Of a stretch of DNA of 64,000 bases, positions 11,495 to 22,907 are shown one piece after another (positions within the stretch are counted from its first letter, which is position 1; every line of letters starts with the position of its first letter). The notes under the pieces were generated by a model. That model saw nothing but the letters and a program-made list of their open reading frames with translations, was not told the origin of the DNA and searched no databases. The DNA lies in the NCBI RefSeq assembly GCF_018977255.1, contig NW_024704742.1, positions 132,186,001-132,250,000 of the forward strand, given 5' to 3'. This DNA comes from Callorhinchus milii (lineage: Eukaryota). The position numbers were made by a program, and so were the translations under genes.

Positions 11495-11832
11495 TAGTAA
11501 TAATCCTTGCATTTGAGATAGCAATTTATCACATCGCCAAAAAGTCTCAAAGCACTTAGTAGAATTTACTGCAGACAACAATGACTGTGTATTTTGTGAG
11601 CAAAACCAACTTGCACTCAGTAATGTGCAGTGGGATCTTTAATGTCCACCTGCACAGGCAGACGGTAGCTCGGTTTAACATCTCCACTGAAGGATGCCAT
11701 CTCCAAAAATACAGCACAACCCCAGCACTGCAATGAAGTGTCAGCCTTGACTGTGTGAGTTCAAAATACGGGGCTTGAAACCATAACCTTCTGACTTGGA
11801 AGGGAGAGTGCTGCTGATTGAGCCAAGCTGAC
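11495..11832 (-). mobile_element. Deu-domain SINE with internal deletion
   Basis: Head rc gtcagcttggctcaatcagcagcactctc; Deu block gatgttaaaccgag...ggtggacattaaagatccca. Confidence 0.8.
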
Positions 11833-11871
11833 ATTCGGAGATTGCAAAGGGACGCAGATGGGGCAAAGAAC

Positions 11872-12680
11872 AACAATAACAACAGCAACAACTTACATTT
11901 ATTTAGTGTCCCTCAGGCAGGGCAGCATCTCAGAACGCTTGACAATGGCAGAGCACAATGCCAAGCTGGGTGGAGGTGACCATAAGCACGATGGAAGAGG
12001 AAGGTCTTCAGGAGCGACCTGAAAATGGGGAAGGAGGAAGCAAGGTGAATGAATTGAAGGAGAGTTTTCCAATTTTTGGGGTGTAGTGGCTAAAAGCACA
12101 ACCCCCAAATTTGGAACGGAGGGCACAAGGGACAAGCAGGAGGTCAGAGCCAGTTGAGCAGAGGTGGATTGGGATAGTGGATTGGGGCGTAAGCAGGTCG
12201 GAGAGGTTGGGAGATGCCAGCACGTGAAGAGATTTGAAGACAAGTGTAAGGATCTTGAAATAATAATAATGATAATAATAATCCTTGCATTTGATATAGC
12301 GTCTTTCACGTCAGGAGGACGTCCCAAAGTGCTTCACAGAACACACTGTAAAATGAATTGACTAGATTTGTGGGCGAACGCGCCAGCGAATTGCGCACAG
12401 CAATGTCCCACAAACAGTCGTAGATTGAAAATGACCAATTTATTATTGTTTTTGGTTTTGGAGCGATTATTATTAGGCGTGTGGAGTAAGGAAACTTGCC
12501 CAAGCTTTCGCCCTCTGCCTGGAACTGAACTCAGGTCTCTCGCTTGCAAAGCGAGTGCTCTAACCACTGAGCTACAGGACTCCGAAATCGATCGGTTTGG
12601 AGATAAGGAGCATTTGAAAATCAGAACAAAGATCTTGAAGTCAATGCACTGGGGAGCAGGCAGCCAGTGCAGCCTGGGGA
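11872..12680 (-). mobile_element. L2 3' fragment interrupted by a SINE
   Basis: (CAA)n tail at 11872-11892. gatcttgaaat|cgatc continuity across the SINE. Confidence 0.8.
12262..12583 (-). mobile_element. Full-length young tRNA-Ala SINE, short subfamily
   Basis: Near identical to 10807-11127. TSD GAAAT at 12257-12261 and 12584-12588. Confidence 0.95.
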
Positions 12681-13329
12681 GGCTTCCTAGTGAGGCTGGA
12701 AAGAATATGAAAGAAGAAATTACCTTGCATTTTTATATCAGCCTCGTCGCATCGAAAGGTCTCAACATGCTTCATAGGTAATTACAAGGCTTTGGTTTGT
12801 GGGTTGGAGAACACCTTTGGTGATCTACAATGCAAGAGAAATACATTAATCTTTATCTCAATTGGCTATTTTTTATGCTGCCTTTTGCCGATTGCTCCCA
12901 AGTTATCCAATGCACCTCACATATTGCCCCAAATTTCCTGTGGCCTTTAAATCTTAAGTGAGCCAGAATTCAGATTAAATTTTAGACTTGATAAACTTCT
13001 CAATTCGCAAGGCTAACTAACAAATTCTATACATATGCACACTTCAGCCTCAGGTCTGTAAAATATTCATACCTCATTTATTAACAATTGAAACTCCTCA
13101 AGGCAGACTTAGGGCTCTGCACCCATAAGTCATTATTATTTTTCGAAAGTAGTTTTTGTTATGATGTTCAGCTGGGTTTTAAGATTGGAGTGCAAAGCGC
13201 AACTCTCAAAGGAATCCAGATTCCAGGAGAAGTAGGAATGAGTATTTGATTGACCTGCGTTCTACAGAGAGCTAGGCGTTTACTTCAGAGAATAAATACG
13301 CAAGCTTTCCTTCGTGCTACTCAGCACGT

Positions 13330-13540
13330 TCAGCCTGCCTCAGTTGGTAGTACTCTTGCCTGGGAGTCAGGAAGCTGTGGATTCAAGCCTCATATCGGGA
13401 CTTGAGCTCACATAGTCTAGGCTGATGTTTCAAATGCAGTACTGAGAGGGAGAGGAGGGATTTTGCATTGTCTGATGAACCATCTTTTGGATGAGTTGAG
13501 GTTGCATTTGTTTGTTCAGGTAGATGTTAAAGAGCCTAGG
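13330..13540 (+). mobile_element. Deu-domain SINE 5' half
   Basis: cagcctgcctcagttggtagtactcttgcctgggagtcagg head; gttcaggtagatgttaaaga. Confidence 0.75.
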
Positions 13541-13554
13541 GACAGACTTATAGT

Positions 13555-13686
13555 TAGTGCTCACACTACCAGTTAGGGCTTTGGCTTGCAGGGTTATCAG
13601 AAGCTGAATGTGAAGAATCCCTGCTTCCAGTGAGTGATCTGCCTCTCCTAGTCCTGCTGATGAGCCAGGCTGGCCGGTCTGTTATT
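13555..13686. repeat. Unclassified old interspersed repeat, copy 1
   Basis: Aligns by eye to 63807-63936 (ttagggctttgg.ttgca...agtcctgctgatga). Confidence 0.75.
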
Positions 13687-14159
13687 TGCCTATAAAATAC
13701 ACAATCATTACGCTTTACAGCACTTTGCTTCTAGATATCCTCTTCACGTAAACGGTGTGGTATCAAATGCAAATTTTATTATCATTTTAGGATCATTTTT
13801 TATTTTTGGTAGGTTACAGGTTGGGTGGAAGGTGAAGGCTGGAACATTGGACTTATTTAAGAAAGAGTTTGATGCTGCAATGGAAAGATGGTAAGTGGAT
13901 ATTCTAGAAGGGTGAGATCAAAAGGACTTGAAGTTCCTTCATTATATGTCCATCTCTTTGACCTTGTGTTTTGAAAGTCATGGTATCTCTTCGCAACACT
14001 AGTATTACGGGTGGGAGGTAGGGCTTAGTAACAGTCCCCTGAGATATTCTTCTAGCACAATGCTCCACTATCACTTCCACTTCCAAAGCCTTATCAGGTA
14101 GAGGAGTCCTAGCTGAACAAGCAGTGAGAAATTTTCCAGACAAACTTTTTGTTTTTAAA

Positions 14160-14520
14160 AATAATAATAGTAATATTTGCATTTGATATAGCACCTTATC
14201 ATGTCTTCGAAATGTCTCAAAGCGTTTCACAGAATACACTGTAAAATGAATTGACTATATTTTGTGGGCGAAACTCAGCAGCCAATTGCACACAACAGTG
14301 TCGCACTGGACTGAGTCATGGATTGAGAGACCAAATTATTATTTGTTTTTGAAGAAATGATTACCCCGGAAAAGCGATCTGCCAATCGACTAGGTTCCTA
14401 CTTACTGCTAGGTAACCAGAGGCGTGTGGAGTAAGGAAACATGCCCAACATTTCGCCCTGCCAGGAATAGAACCTAGGTCTCTCGCTCGCGAGGCGAGGG
14501 CTCTAACCACTAAGCTCCAG
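14160..14520 (-). mobile_element. tRNA-Ala SINE, long subfamily, near full length
   Basis: rc head agtggttagagccctcgcctcgcgagcgagagacctaggttctattcc, core and (ATT)n tail. Confidence 0.9.
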
Positions 14521-14584
14521 ATACTCTTAAGCTTGGTGATAAGGTTTCTGCATGTGTCAGACACCCAGGTGACCTCCATTCCCC

Positions 14585-14995
14585 AAAAATCATGGTTGAT
14601 TATTTTCACAATTAAAAATTGATACCATAAAACTGCAGCTTTGATAAGACCTTTTGATAGAAACTGACTTGGATTTAAGCTTAAGACGTTTAATAATTCT
14701 CATTTTTATTGGCTTCTGATTTAGCTATTTCGCACACACAGCAAATAGTGTTAAATGGGCTTAAAGAAAAATATTTCTGGAAGGTTTAATATTATGGATT
14801 TTTTTTATCACTGCAAAATCAAATTGCAAAATTAAATTAAGATCTGAACGGATATAAAAGATTTTTACAGCAACTTCTTCATGGTATCTGCTGTACATTG
14901 CTGTCCGGTTTCTCAACTGTACATAATGAATAAAAGCTGCGAGTATTCTTCAATGCACATTGGCTTTCTAAGTTAGGGAGGTACATTAAAAGGAA
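14585..14995. promoter_or_regulatory. Candidate enhancer / CNE
   Basis: CCATAAAA, TTTTATTGG, CTTTGAT and GATAAG cluster; AT-rich and repeat-free. Confidence 0.42.
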
Positions 14996-14997
14996 TT

Positions 14998-15400
14998 GGT
15001 CAGCTTGGTTCAGTTAGCAGCACTCTCGGGTCTGAGTCAGAAGCTTACGGATTGAAGCTGAACGTCAGAATTCTGAGCTCACAGTCAAAGCTGACACTCC
15101 AGTGCAATGCAGATGAAATATTTTTAACCAAAGGCATGTCTGCCCCTGTTTAGGTGGACATTAAAGATCCCATGGCGCTATTCAAAAAGAGACGGGAGTT
15201 TCTCCCGGTGTCCTCGCCAACAAACCCCCAGATTAAAAAAATGGCTGTTGCCTGGGCCATTATTGCATGCGAATTGTCTGCAGTGTTTGCTAACAAAATA
15301 CACAGTCACCACATTTTACAGTGAATCCTATGAAGAGCTCCAAGGCATCCTCCTGATGTGAAAGGCACTATATCAAATGTGAAGATCATTGTTGTTATTT
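14998..15400 (+). mobile_element. Full-length Deu-domain SINE
   Basis: Head gtcagcttggttcagttagcagcactctc; Deu core ggtggacattaaagatcccatggcgctattc; L2-like tail. Confidence 0.88.
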
Positions 15401-15419
15401 TATGCCACTCTGTATCAAG

Positions 15420-16140
15420 GGAAATCTTAGGCAAGTTTCCTTACTCCACACACCTCTGTTTACCCAGCAGTAAGTAGGAACATGGTTGATTGCCAGATCT
15501 CTTTCTTGGGATAATAATCCCTTCAAAATAAATAAATAAATAAAATAATAATTTGGTCACTCAACCCACGACTGTTTGTGAGACACTGTTGTCCACAATT
15601 TCACCGACAAAATATACAGTCAATTCTATAGTTTATTATATTATTTAGATTATATTATAGTATGGGCATGTTCACGCTGGAGAGATTATTGAGGGGTGAT
15701 ATAATTACGGTCTTTAAGATTCTAAAGGGACTAGATAATGTAGACCATGATAAGTTGCTTTATCTTATACTGAACATTAGAACCAGAAGATATAGCCTGT
15801 GATTGAAGGGGGGTAAATTCAAAAGAAATCTGTGAAAACACTACTTCAGTGAGCGAGTAGTAAACAAATGGAACAGGCTCCCTAGGGAGACGGTGGAAGC
15901 AGAAAGTATTGTTTGTTTCAAAAACAAATTAGATTTCTGTTAGGAAATAATATCTCCAGATGCAGTATATAGTTTGGGACATGACATGTCAAGCGACTGC
16001 CAGGATGGTGGATGGCAAACTGGATGGACCTTAATCTTTTCTTGCCTAGCAAATTCTTCTGTTCTTATATTCTGTGAAGCGCTTTGAGATGTCTCAAAGA
16101 TGTGATAAGGCGCTATATAAAACGGAAGGATTATTATTAA
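15420..16140 (+). mobile_element. Long-subfamily SINE interrupted by a CR1 3' fragment (CR1 about 15660-16066)
   Basis: SINE body to cagtcaattc at about 15626; CR1 motifs GMFTLER..LRGD, TR.Y.L.L, YFSERVVN.WNRLP; SINE resumes tattctgtgaagcgctttgag. Confidence 0.85.
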
Positions 16141-16604
16141 AGAGGGCTGTCGTTCAACAATGTCCTGCGCACTGATGCAATAGCACAGCATACCAAGCCT
16201 TTGCACCACACGGTTCCACAAACCAAATTTGCCTCCTGCTTTAAAAGAACAGTACCTGAGAAATCAAATCAATAAATCTTTTACGTGCCAGTCTCTGCCT
16301 GAACAATTTGTTGTGCTTTTTTAAAAAAAATTTAGAGATGGAGAATTGCATCTCTAAGCCTTATTCATTTGTATGCATGGGAAAGATAAATTGACTTAAA
16401 ACAATCCACCTGGAGTTACTGCCTTATTTTACTTCATTAATTTGTCACTATAACGTGTTTACGGAACAGTAAACCACATTAAAACTGAGCAGACATTATT
16501 CAGTATCGGTTTTCCATCTCTGAGCGCAATGCAGGTCTGAAGATGCTGAAAGAACGGAGCTCAATTCACAACTTGTTGTAAGCTCTCAGCTGCTCTGAGA
16601 GTGG

Positions 16605-17305
16605 CAGCCTGGCTCAGTGGGTAGCACTCTCGCCTCTGAGTCAGAAGATTGAGGGTTCAAGGCCCACGTCAGGACTTTGAACTCACATTGTCTAGCGTGA
16701 GTTCAAGTGCTCCGAGATGCTGTCTTTGCGAAGCGAGCTATATATGTAAGTTGTTGCACAGAAACTTTCTCCCTCAATCCCTCCGTCTTGCCCTTTTCCT
16801 CCCTACTTTCAAATCCCGCCTAAAGACCTTCCTTTTTGACCATGCTTCCGGTCACCTCCCACCTTCCTCTCCCCCTGGATCGGAGTTAGACTCTCCCACT
16901 GTCAAGAGCTCCGTAATGCGACCCCACATGAAGGGCGCTATATAAATGCAAGTTGTTGTTGTTGTTGAGTGATGCTCCATTGCAGTGCTAGAGGCAGCTC
17001 TGCAGTGTTGGAGGTGCCCTCCTTTGGATGAGACGTTAAACCATAGCCCCGTCTACCTATTCATGTTGAAGAAACTATGGCACTACTCAAAAAGAGAAGG
17101 GAATCTCTCTCTGTGCTCTGGCAAAATATCCCCCGATAAAATTGGTCAATTCATGTTTTGGCTGTCCATGGGGCATTGCTGTGTGTAAATTGGCTGCCAC
17201 GTTTGCCTTCGAAACACAGTCCTTACACCGTAAATCCTGTGAAGTGCTTCAAGATGTATCGACGATGTAATAAGGTGCTATAAAAATGCAAGGACTATTA
17301 TTATT
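16605..17305 (+). mobile_element. Deu-domain SINE with nested L2 3' fragments (about 16705-16966)
   Basis: Head cagcctggctcagtgggtagcactctcgcctctgagtcagaag; L2 tail gcgctatataaatgcaagttgttgttg at 16936-16966; Deu core resumes at about 16970. Confidence 0.85.
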
Positions 17306-17931
17306 TTGACTCATTCAACTGGATTACTTAATTGTTTGACTTCAACCCCACCAGCATTACACTGGAGTGTCAGCTTAAACTATATGAGTTCAAAGTCCCG
17401 ATGTGGAGTGTGTTGTCATCATAAATGGTGGGTGGGTACGGCTAAAGGGGGCTCAAACCCCTCCCCCCAAATCTATCTACAGCTCACCACTTTAAGGGAA
17501 GTTGGATGGGGAAAGCCCTAAGCCCTGAGGAGGACCACAGCCAATCATCGAGGAGCTCCAACCCATGGCACTTGCCACCTTGGCCCCCTCCCAACTCATT
17601 GGCAGCGCCCGCCCACTTGAGGTCCGACAGGCTGCTCATCAGGGCATCCCCGATTCTGATTGGGTGACGGACCTGTCAATCAAATCACCACTCAGCTGTC
17701 AAAGACCAACCTCTTACCTGAGTTTCACTCAATATTTTCACCCGAAGTATTATTATTATGTCTGTCACGTCATAAAGGAATGCCTGAAAGTTTGCCAAGT
17801 GCAACGAAGAGTAACCACAAACAAACAACTCATATAGGTTTCATGCAGTATAGCGCCTCAGAGCGCTGAGCAAACACTAAGTGGAGATAAAGGGCAAGTA
17901 CAGATGTGGACCAAAGGATTGGTTGGAGAGA

Positions 17932-18290
17932 TAATAATAATAGTCATGGTCCTTACATTTGATATAGCGCTTTATCATGTCGTTGAAACGTCTCAAAGCG
18001 CTTCACAAAATATATTGTAAAGTGGATTGACTATATTTTGTGGGCGAAACATGGCAGCCAATTGCACACAGCAATGTCCCACAAACAGTCGTGGATTGAG
18101 TGTCCAAATTCTTTTTGTTCAAAGGGATTATTAACTCCGGTATGCGATCCACCAATCGACTATCAACCGGGTTCCTACATACTGCTAGGTAAACAGAGGC
18201 GTGTGGAGTAAGGAAACTTGCCTCAGGTTTTGCCCTCCCTGGGAATCGAACCCAGTCTTCTCGCTTGCAAGGCAAGTCCGCTAACCACTA
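17932..18290 (-). mobile_element. tRNA-Ala SINE, long subfamily
   Basis: Same head, core and tail as the other copies, on the minus strand. Confidence 0.9.
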
Positions 18291-20177
18291 TATTGACGGT
18301 CCAGCGCCTTGGGACGTCCCCCTGAATTGAAAGATGCTATACAAATATAATTTGTTCTTGTTGCTTCGGGACTCCACAAAGTGAGTCCCGTAAATAAGTG
18401 TTTGGAAAGATTCTGAAGGCAGGAAGAGAGGCAACCAGGTGAAATGGAGTTCAAGGTGTGGGAAGTGAGCAATCAAGCTTTTTAGTTCTATTTATTTCTA
18501 ATGCAGCATGTGTCTACATCAATATATTATCATATTCCAGCGTCCTGTCTCCTTTTCCAATCTCATTTGCCGTCTGAGATGATGTGTCTTTTCCTTCACT
18601 TAACAAAGAGGAAATTTGAGCATTTGGTAATAAATTGTGTTGTCATGTGCTATCTCAGCCACCCAGAAATCACTCTGCAACAAGCATATCACGCTTATTT
18701 CAACATTTGCCTTTCAAACATTATCATACCAGTAAACATCCAGAGGACACACAGAATAGTGCTGCTAAGTGGAATTTCTTTCCTCGTTCCTGGCTCCAGC
18801 AAGCCTTGTGTTTTAAGGTTAAACACGGCACGCATTTGACAATGGGATGGATAAATTGAGGCAAATGCCCGGTGGCCAGAACAATCTCCCTTTTATTTCA
18901 TCACTTAGTGAGTAATCGAACTCGCTCTCACAATCCTAATAAGAGCTGGATTGCACTGTCAATGGGGTATTGTTTGGACTCTGCCGCTACCACCTTACTT
19001 GGCAGGGCGTTCCATTTCCCAACAACTCTCTGTGTTACCAAAGCTACCCTTTCGCTCTTCTTGCAACTCTCAGATAACTGTAGCCCGCTGATCACTGATC
19101 CGTGCCCCCCACCCTTCCCCTCCACCCCCCACTCATGGAAATAGCATCTTGTTTTACGAGCCAGTGCAGTCTCAGTGGGTGAATGGCCTCCCTCTGCACT
19201 GTAAATTCGTGCTGCAAAAAAAAATGTGGTTACTTAATCCACGACTGTTTGTGAGACGCTGTTGTGCACAATTGGCTGTCGCGTTTTGCCCACAAAATTC
19301 ACAGTCAATCCACTCTACAATATATTCTGTGAAGCGCTTTGAAACATCTCAACAACGTGATAAGTTGCTATATCAAATGCAAGGATTATTATTATAAATT
19401 TCTATGAATCTATGATTCAGAAAAACTCATTTTTCACCTCACTCCTACCAACGAGGAAATCGCCTCTGATTGTTTTTCTAAATTTGTCAAAAAGTTTTAT
19501 GCCTCTCTGCCATGCTCAGATTGATGAGAAAAGGGTCTGCTTCCTTACATCTTCCATTCCCTTGTACAATTTCTGCTGCTCTATACCCTAGAGGCTGCTA
19601 TCATGAAGCAGAGATGACCTTTCCCCCAGCAATCTCTGATGTATCACACATTCCTCAGATAGACCGACAAGACTCAGTGGAACATAGTGAATGGAACATG
19701 ACAAGAATTAGACAACCATGAGGGAGCTGGTGCCTGTCTAGTACTATTTGTCATGAATTTGTGGATAGCAGGAGACATATTTATTCAAGCCTCATAACTT
19801 GGTTTGTTTTTGTCTCCAGCATGACAGCTTAGCGTCCTCACTTTATTGTAACCGCTACAATCTCGCTAATGAATCTTCCTTGGTGTTTGTTTTTGTTTGA
19901 AAAAAAATTATGTTAATTTAACATTAAGAGTCTTTGCATTCATCCTTGCATTTGATACAGAACCCTAATATGTTGAAATGTCTCAAAGCATTTATTTTCT
20001 GCAGAAGTCGGGTGATTGAATATTTGGAAGCAAATCAACATCAGAATCATTTGTCTAGACTACTTTGAAGATTAAGGATTTGTACAAAGGGTTCGATCTT
20101 CTCTATTGGCAAAGCAACTGCCCCAGTGGAGTCCAGCAAATTACAGGATTCCGTGCTGAGTTAGCTGATCTGAGGAA

Positions 20178-20600
20178 CTCTTTCCACTCAGCTCCTGTTA
20201 ACCATGCAAGCCAAAGCCCTGATGGGTAGGGTGGTCCTAGCTGGACAAGCAGCAGGAAAGCTTGTCAGACAGTGCTTTCAATGGCAAGCTATGCGATTTC
20301 AGCTGGTTAGACTCCAGCAATTGCCTCAACACGCACTCTGGGGTCCCCAAGTCTTGGCTCTTGCCAACCTGCACCTAATACTCTCCAGAATTAGGTAAGC
20401 AGGATGCTTCCCTCCAGGGACAGAGTGTACATTCTTATCCATAAACGTCTCTGGAATTTGAACCTGTAGATTTCCGCAGTCGCCATTGATTTTGAGAAAG
20501 CCGTGAGATGTCCTCACTTTGGTGCCAATTGAGGGACTTTATGAGATACATGCTTAACACTTTTACATCAGTCGGTGCCTTTTTCACCCCAAGATCACAA
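20178..20600. repeat. Unclassified old interspersed repeat, copy 2 (inverted relative to copies 1 and 3)
   Basis: rc aligns to 63615-63865: cctgcttacctaat...gagagtattagg, ttgccattgaaagcactgtct, tgcttgtccagctag, agggctttgg.ttgca. The right boundary is uncertain. Confidence 0.75.
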
Positions 20601-21450
20601 GAGAGGCATGGATGAAGATTTATCAGGCCATTTGATCTCTCTTCTAGAATATCCACCCCATCATCTTTCCATTACAACATCAAGCTGTTTCTTGATGGAC
20701 GCAACCATCCTTCACCCTCACCTATAAGTCCCTTCACGTCTAAGCACCTCCCCATGTTTCTGATCTCCTCCTACCCTTTCTTCCGCTCACCCATTCCCTC
20801 CGCTGCAGTTACCCTGCCCTTTTTGTGCCAATATTGGTGGCCAATTTTGGATTCTACTCCTCCTTCCTTTACCCCTCGGTTTTTCTCCCTCTCTAGCTGT
20901 TTTCAAATCCCACCTTTAAACCAACCTTAAAACCAGAGAATGCACTTATGATCACCTCCCCTTCTCCCCTCTCACTTAGTTGGCGTCCAAAAAGAAATTA
21001 TTTTAAATTGAGTGAAGTTGCTGTCTTTTCCCAAAGGCAACCATCACCAATACCCCAGCCTTATGGTGAAGCTCTCATACTCATGAAGACTCCCATGATG
21101 ACCAAAGGCAAATTCTGTCAATCTCTTGTCTGCCTTCAAACGACATTGCTGTAGCAGAAGCAGCATGAAGTCATTGCTCATGACTTCAGAAGCACTGAGA
21201 TGAAATGGTTCCTAACTCATGCCCTTTTTAGTTTATAACATTCAAGTTCCGCAGTGCTGGGCTGGATTTGAAACCGCATGAAGGAGAACAAATACATTTC
21301 TTTATAATTGCGTAGAAAATAATATATTGCACAGGAATTATGAATTGTATGCGCTGTTCTTGAATTATCGATATAATAACAGAACAATTTATTCTAAATC
21401 TCTTTGAACTTGTTGCACACAGTATTTATTTTTTTCCATTCAGAAAAATG

Positions 21451-21629
21451 TACAGATCTGTGGCACCAAGTTCCAATTATATAATAATAAATAAATAATA
21501 ATCCTTAGATTTGATGTAGCACTTTGTCAAATGACTATGGAGCAATTTGAGAAAGTGCTACATCAAATCTAAGGATTATTATTATTTATTTACTATTATA
21601 TAATTGGCACTCTGTACCAAAGTTCTGTA
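21451..21629. repeat. Near-perfect inverted repeat (about 80 bp arms, about 11 nt loop)
   Basis: ccaattatataataataaataaataataatccttagatttgatgtagcacttt pairs with aaagtgctacatcaaatctaaggattattattatttatttactattatataattgg. Confidence 0.92.
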
Positions 21630-22907
21630 GGTGAACGTGGCAGCCAATTTGTGCACAGCAATGTCCTACAAACAGCCATGAAATACGCAGTCATGAAACT
21701 TTATAGTAAAACCAGTGTAAACCCTTTAAGACAGCCTCCCAAAGTGAAAGGTGCTGTGTCAAATTCAAGGAATATATTATCATTATTACTATAATTAGTA
21801 TTTGGTTGTAGAGCGAGGAGGAAAATCTCAATCTTAAGCACTTTAGACCAAGTGGGCAGGCACCTTGAAATACCATGTCCAAAGCTGGCGATTTTCCTCT
21901 GCAGAATGACAAATCATTTCCTTTGTGGCAAACAACAAGTGAATTTCCTGTGCAACAGTCACTTTGTGATTCACAGATCCTGTGATCTATTGTGACCAAC
22001 AACCACAGGGTTTCAGCATTGTTCCTGCCACCTTTGGGCAGTCTCTGGGTTGCACATCTGCCAAATCAATGTCAAATTTAAGACGGGAACTGATTATATT
22101 TTATGGGAATGCAACAAGCGATTTCTTTTTCCGGGCACACATATAATCACACACACAAGAGCTACTGTGTTCAATCCAGTGTGATCTGCTGTTCACAATC
22201 CTGGGTGTGACTAAGTGAAGCCAGGCAACCACATAACGTTGCAATCTCTAACTGGAATTAAGTCCAAGGTCTGAGAAGCTTCATATTTTACAATATGGGA
22301 ATCCCACCCATCTCCATCCCAGTATTCGAATAAAATGTGGATGAATCATCTGGGACTCTGCAGTTTGCTGAGTGAGGTGGAATGACTGAGGGAGGGGGTT
22401 ATTAATTAATGCTTTGACCCTTCAATAAATTGAGTTGGGGTTGAGCCACATTTATCGGAGGTGCCATCTTTTGAATGAGATGTTAAACCAAGGCCCCATC
22501 TACCTGTGAAGGTGGGTTTTAAACATTCCACGGCAGTGTTCAAAAAGAGATGGGACTTTCTCCCTGTGTCCTGGTCAAGTGTCCCCCAGATAAAATTGAG
22601 CGTTCACTTCATGGCTGTTTGTGGGATATTGCTGTGCACAAATCTACTGCTGTGTCCACCTGATCACGTCTTCAAGACATCTCAAAGCTCTTCATAAAAT
22701 ATACTGTAAAGTGAATTGAGTATATTTTATGGGCAAAACACGCCACCAATTATGTACAGCCATGTTCCACAAACAGTCGTGGATTGAGTGACAAAATCAT
22801 TTATTTTTTTTATTTCAAAGGGATTATTAACCCTGGGAAAACGATCTACCAATCGACTAACAACCGGATTCCTACTTACTACCAGGTAAACAGAGTTGTG
22901 TGGAGTA

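Noticed and set aside
17718..17783. 66-nt minus-strand candidate exon (AFLYDVTDIIIILRVKILSETQ|gtaaga)
   Set aside because: Contains an (ATA)n microsatellite, shows no recognisable homology and has no partner exons.
20204..20398. 64-aa ORF ending near a splice donor (ag|gtaagc)
   Set aside because: Lies within the unclassified interspersed repeat also present at 63615-63865.
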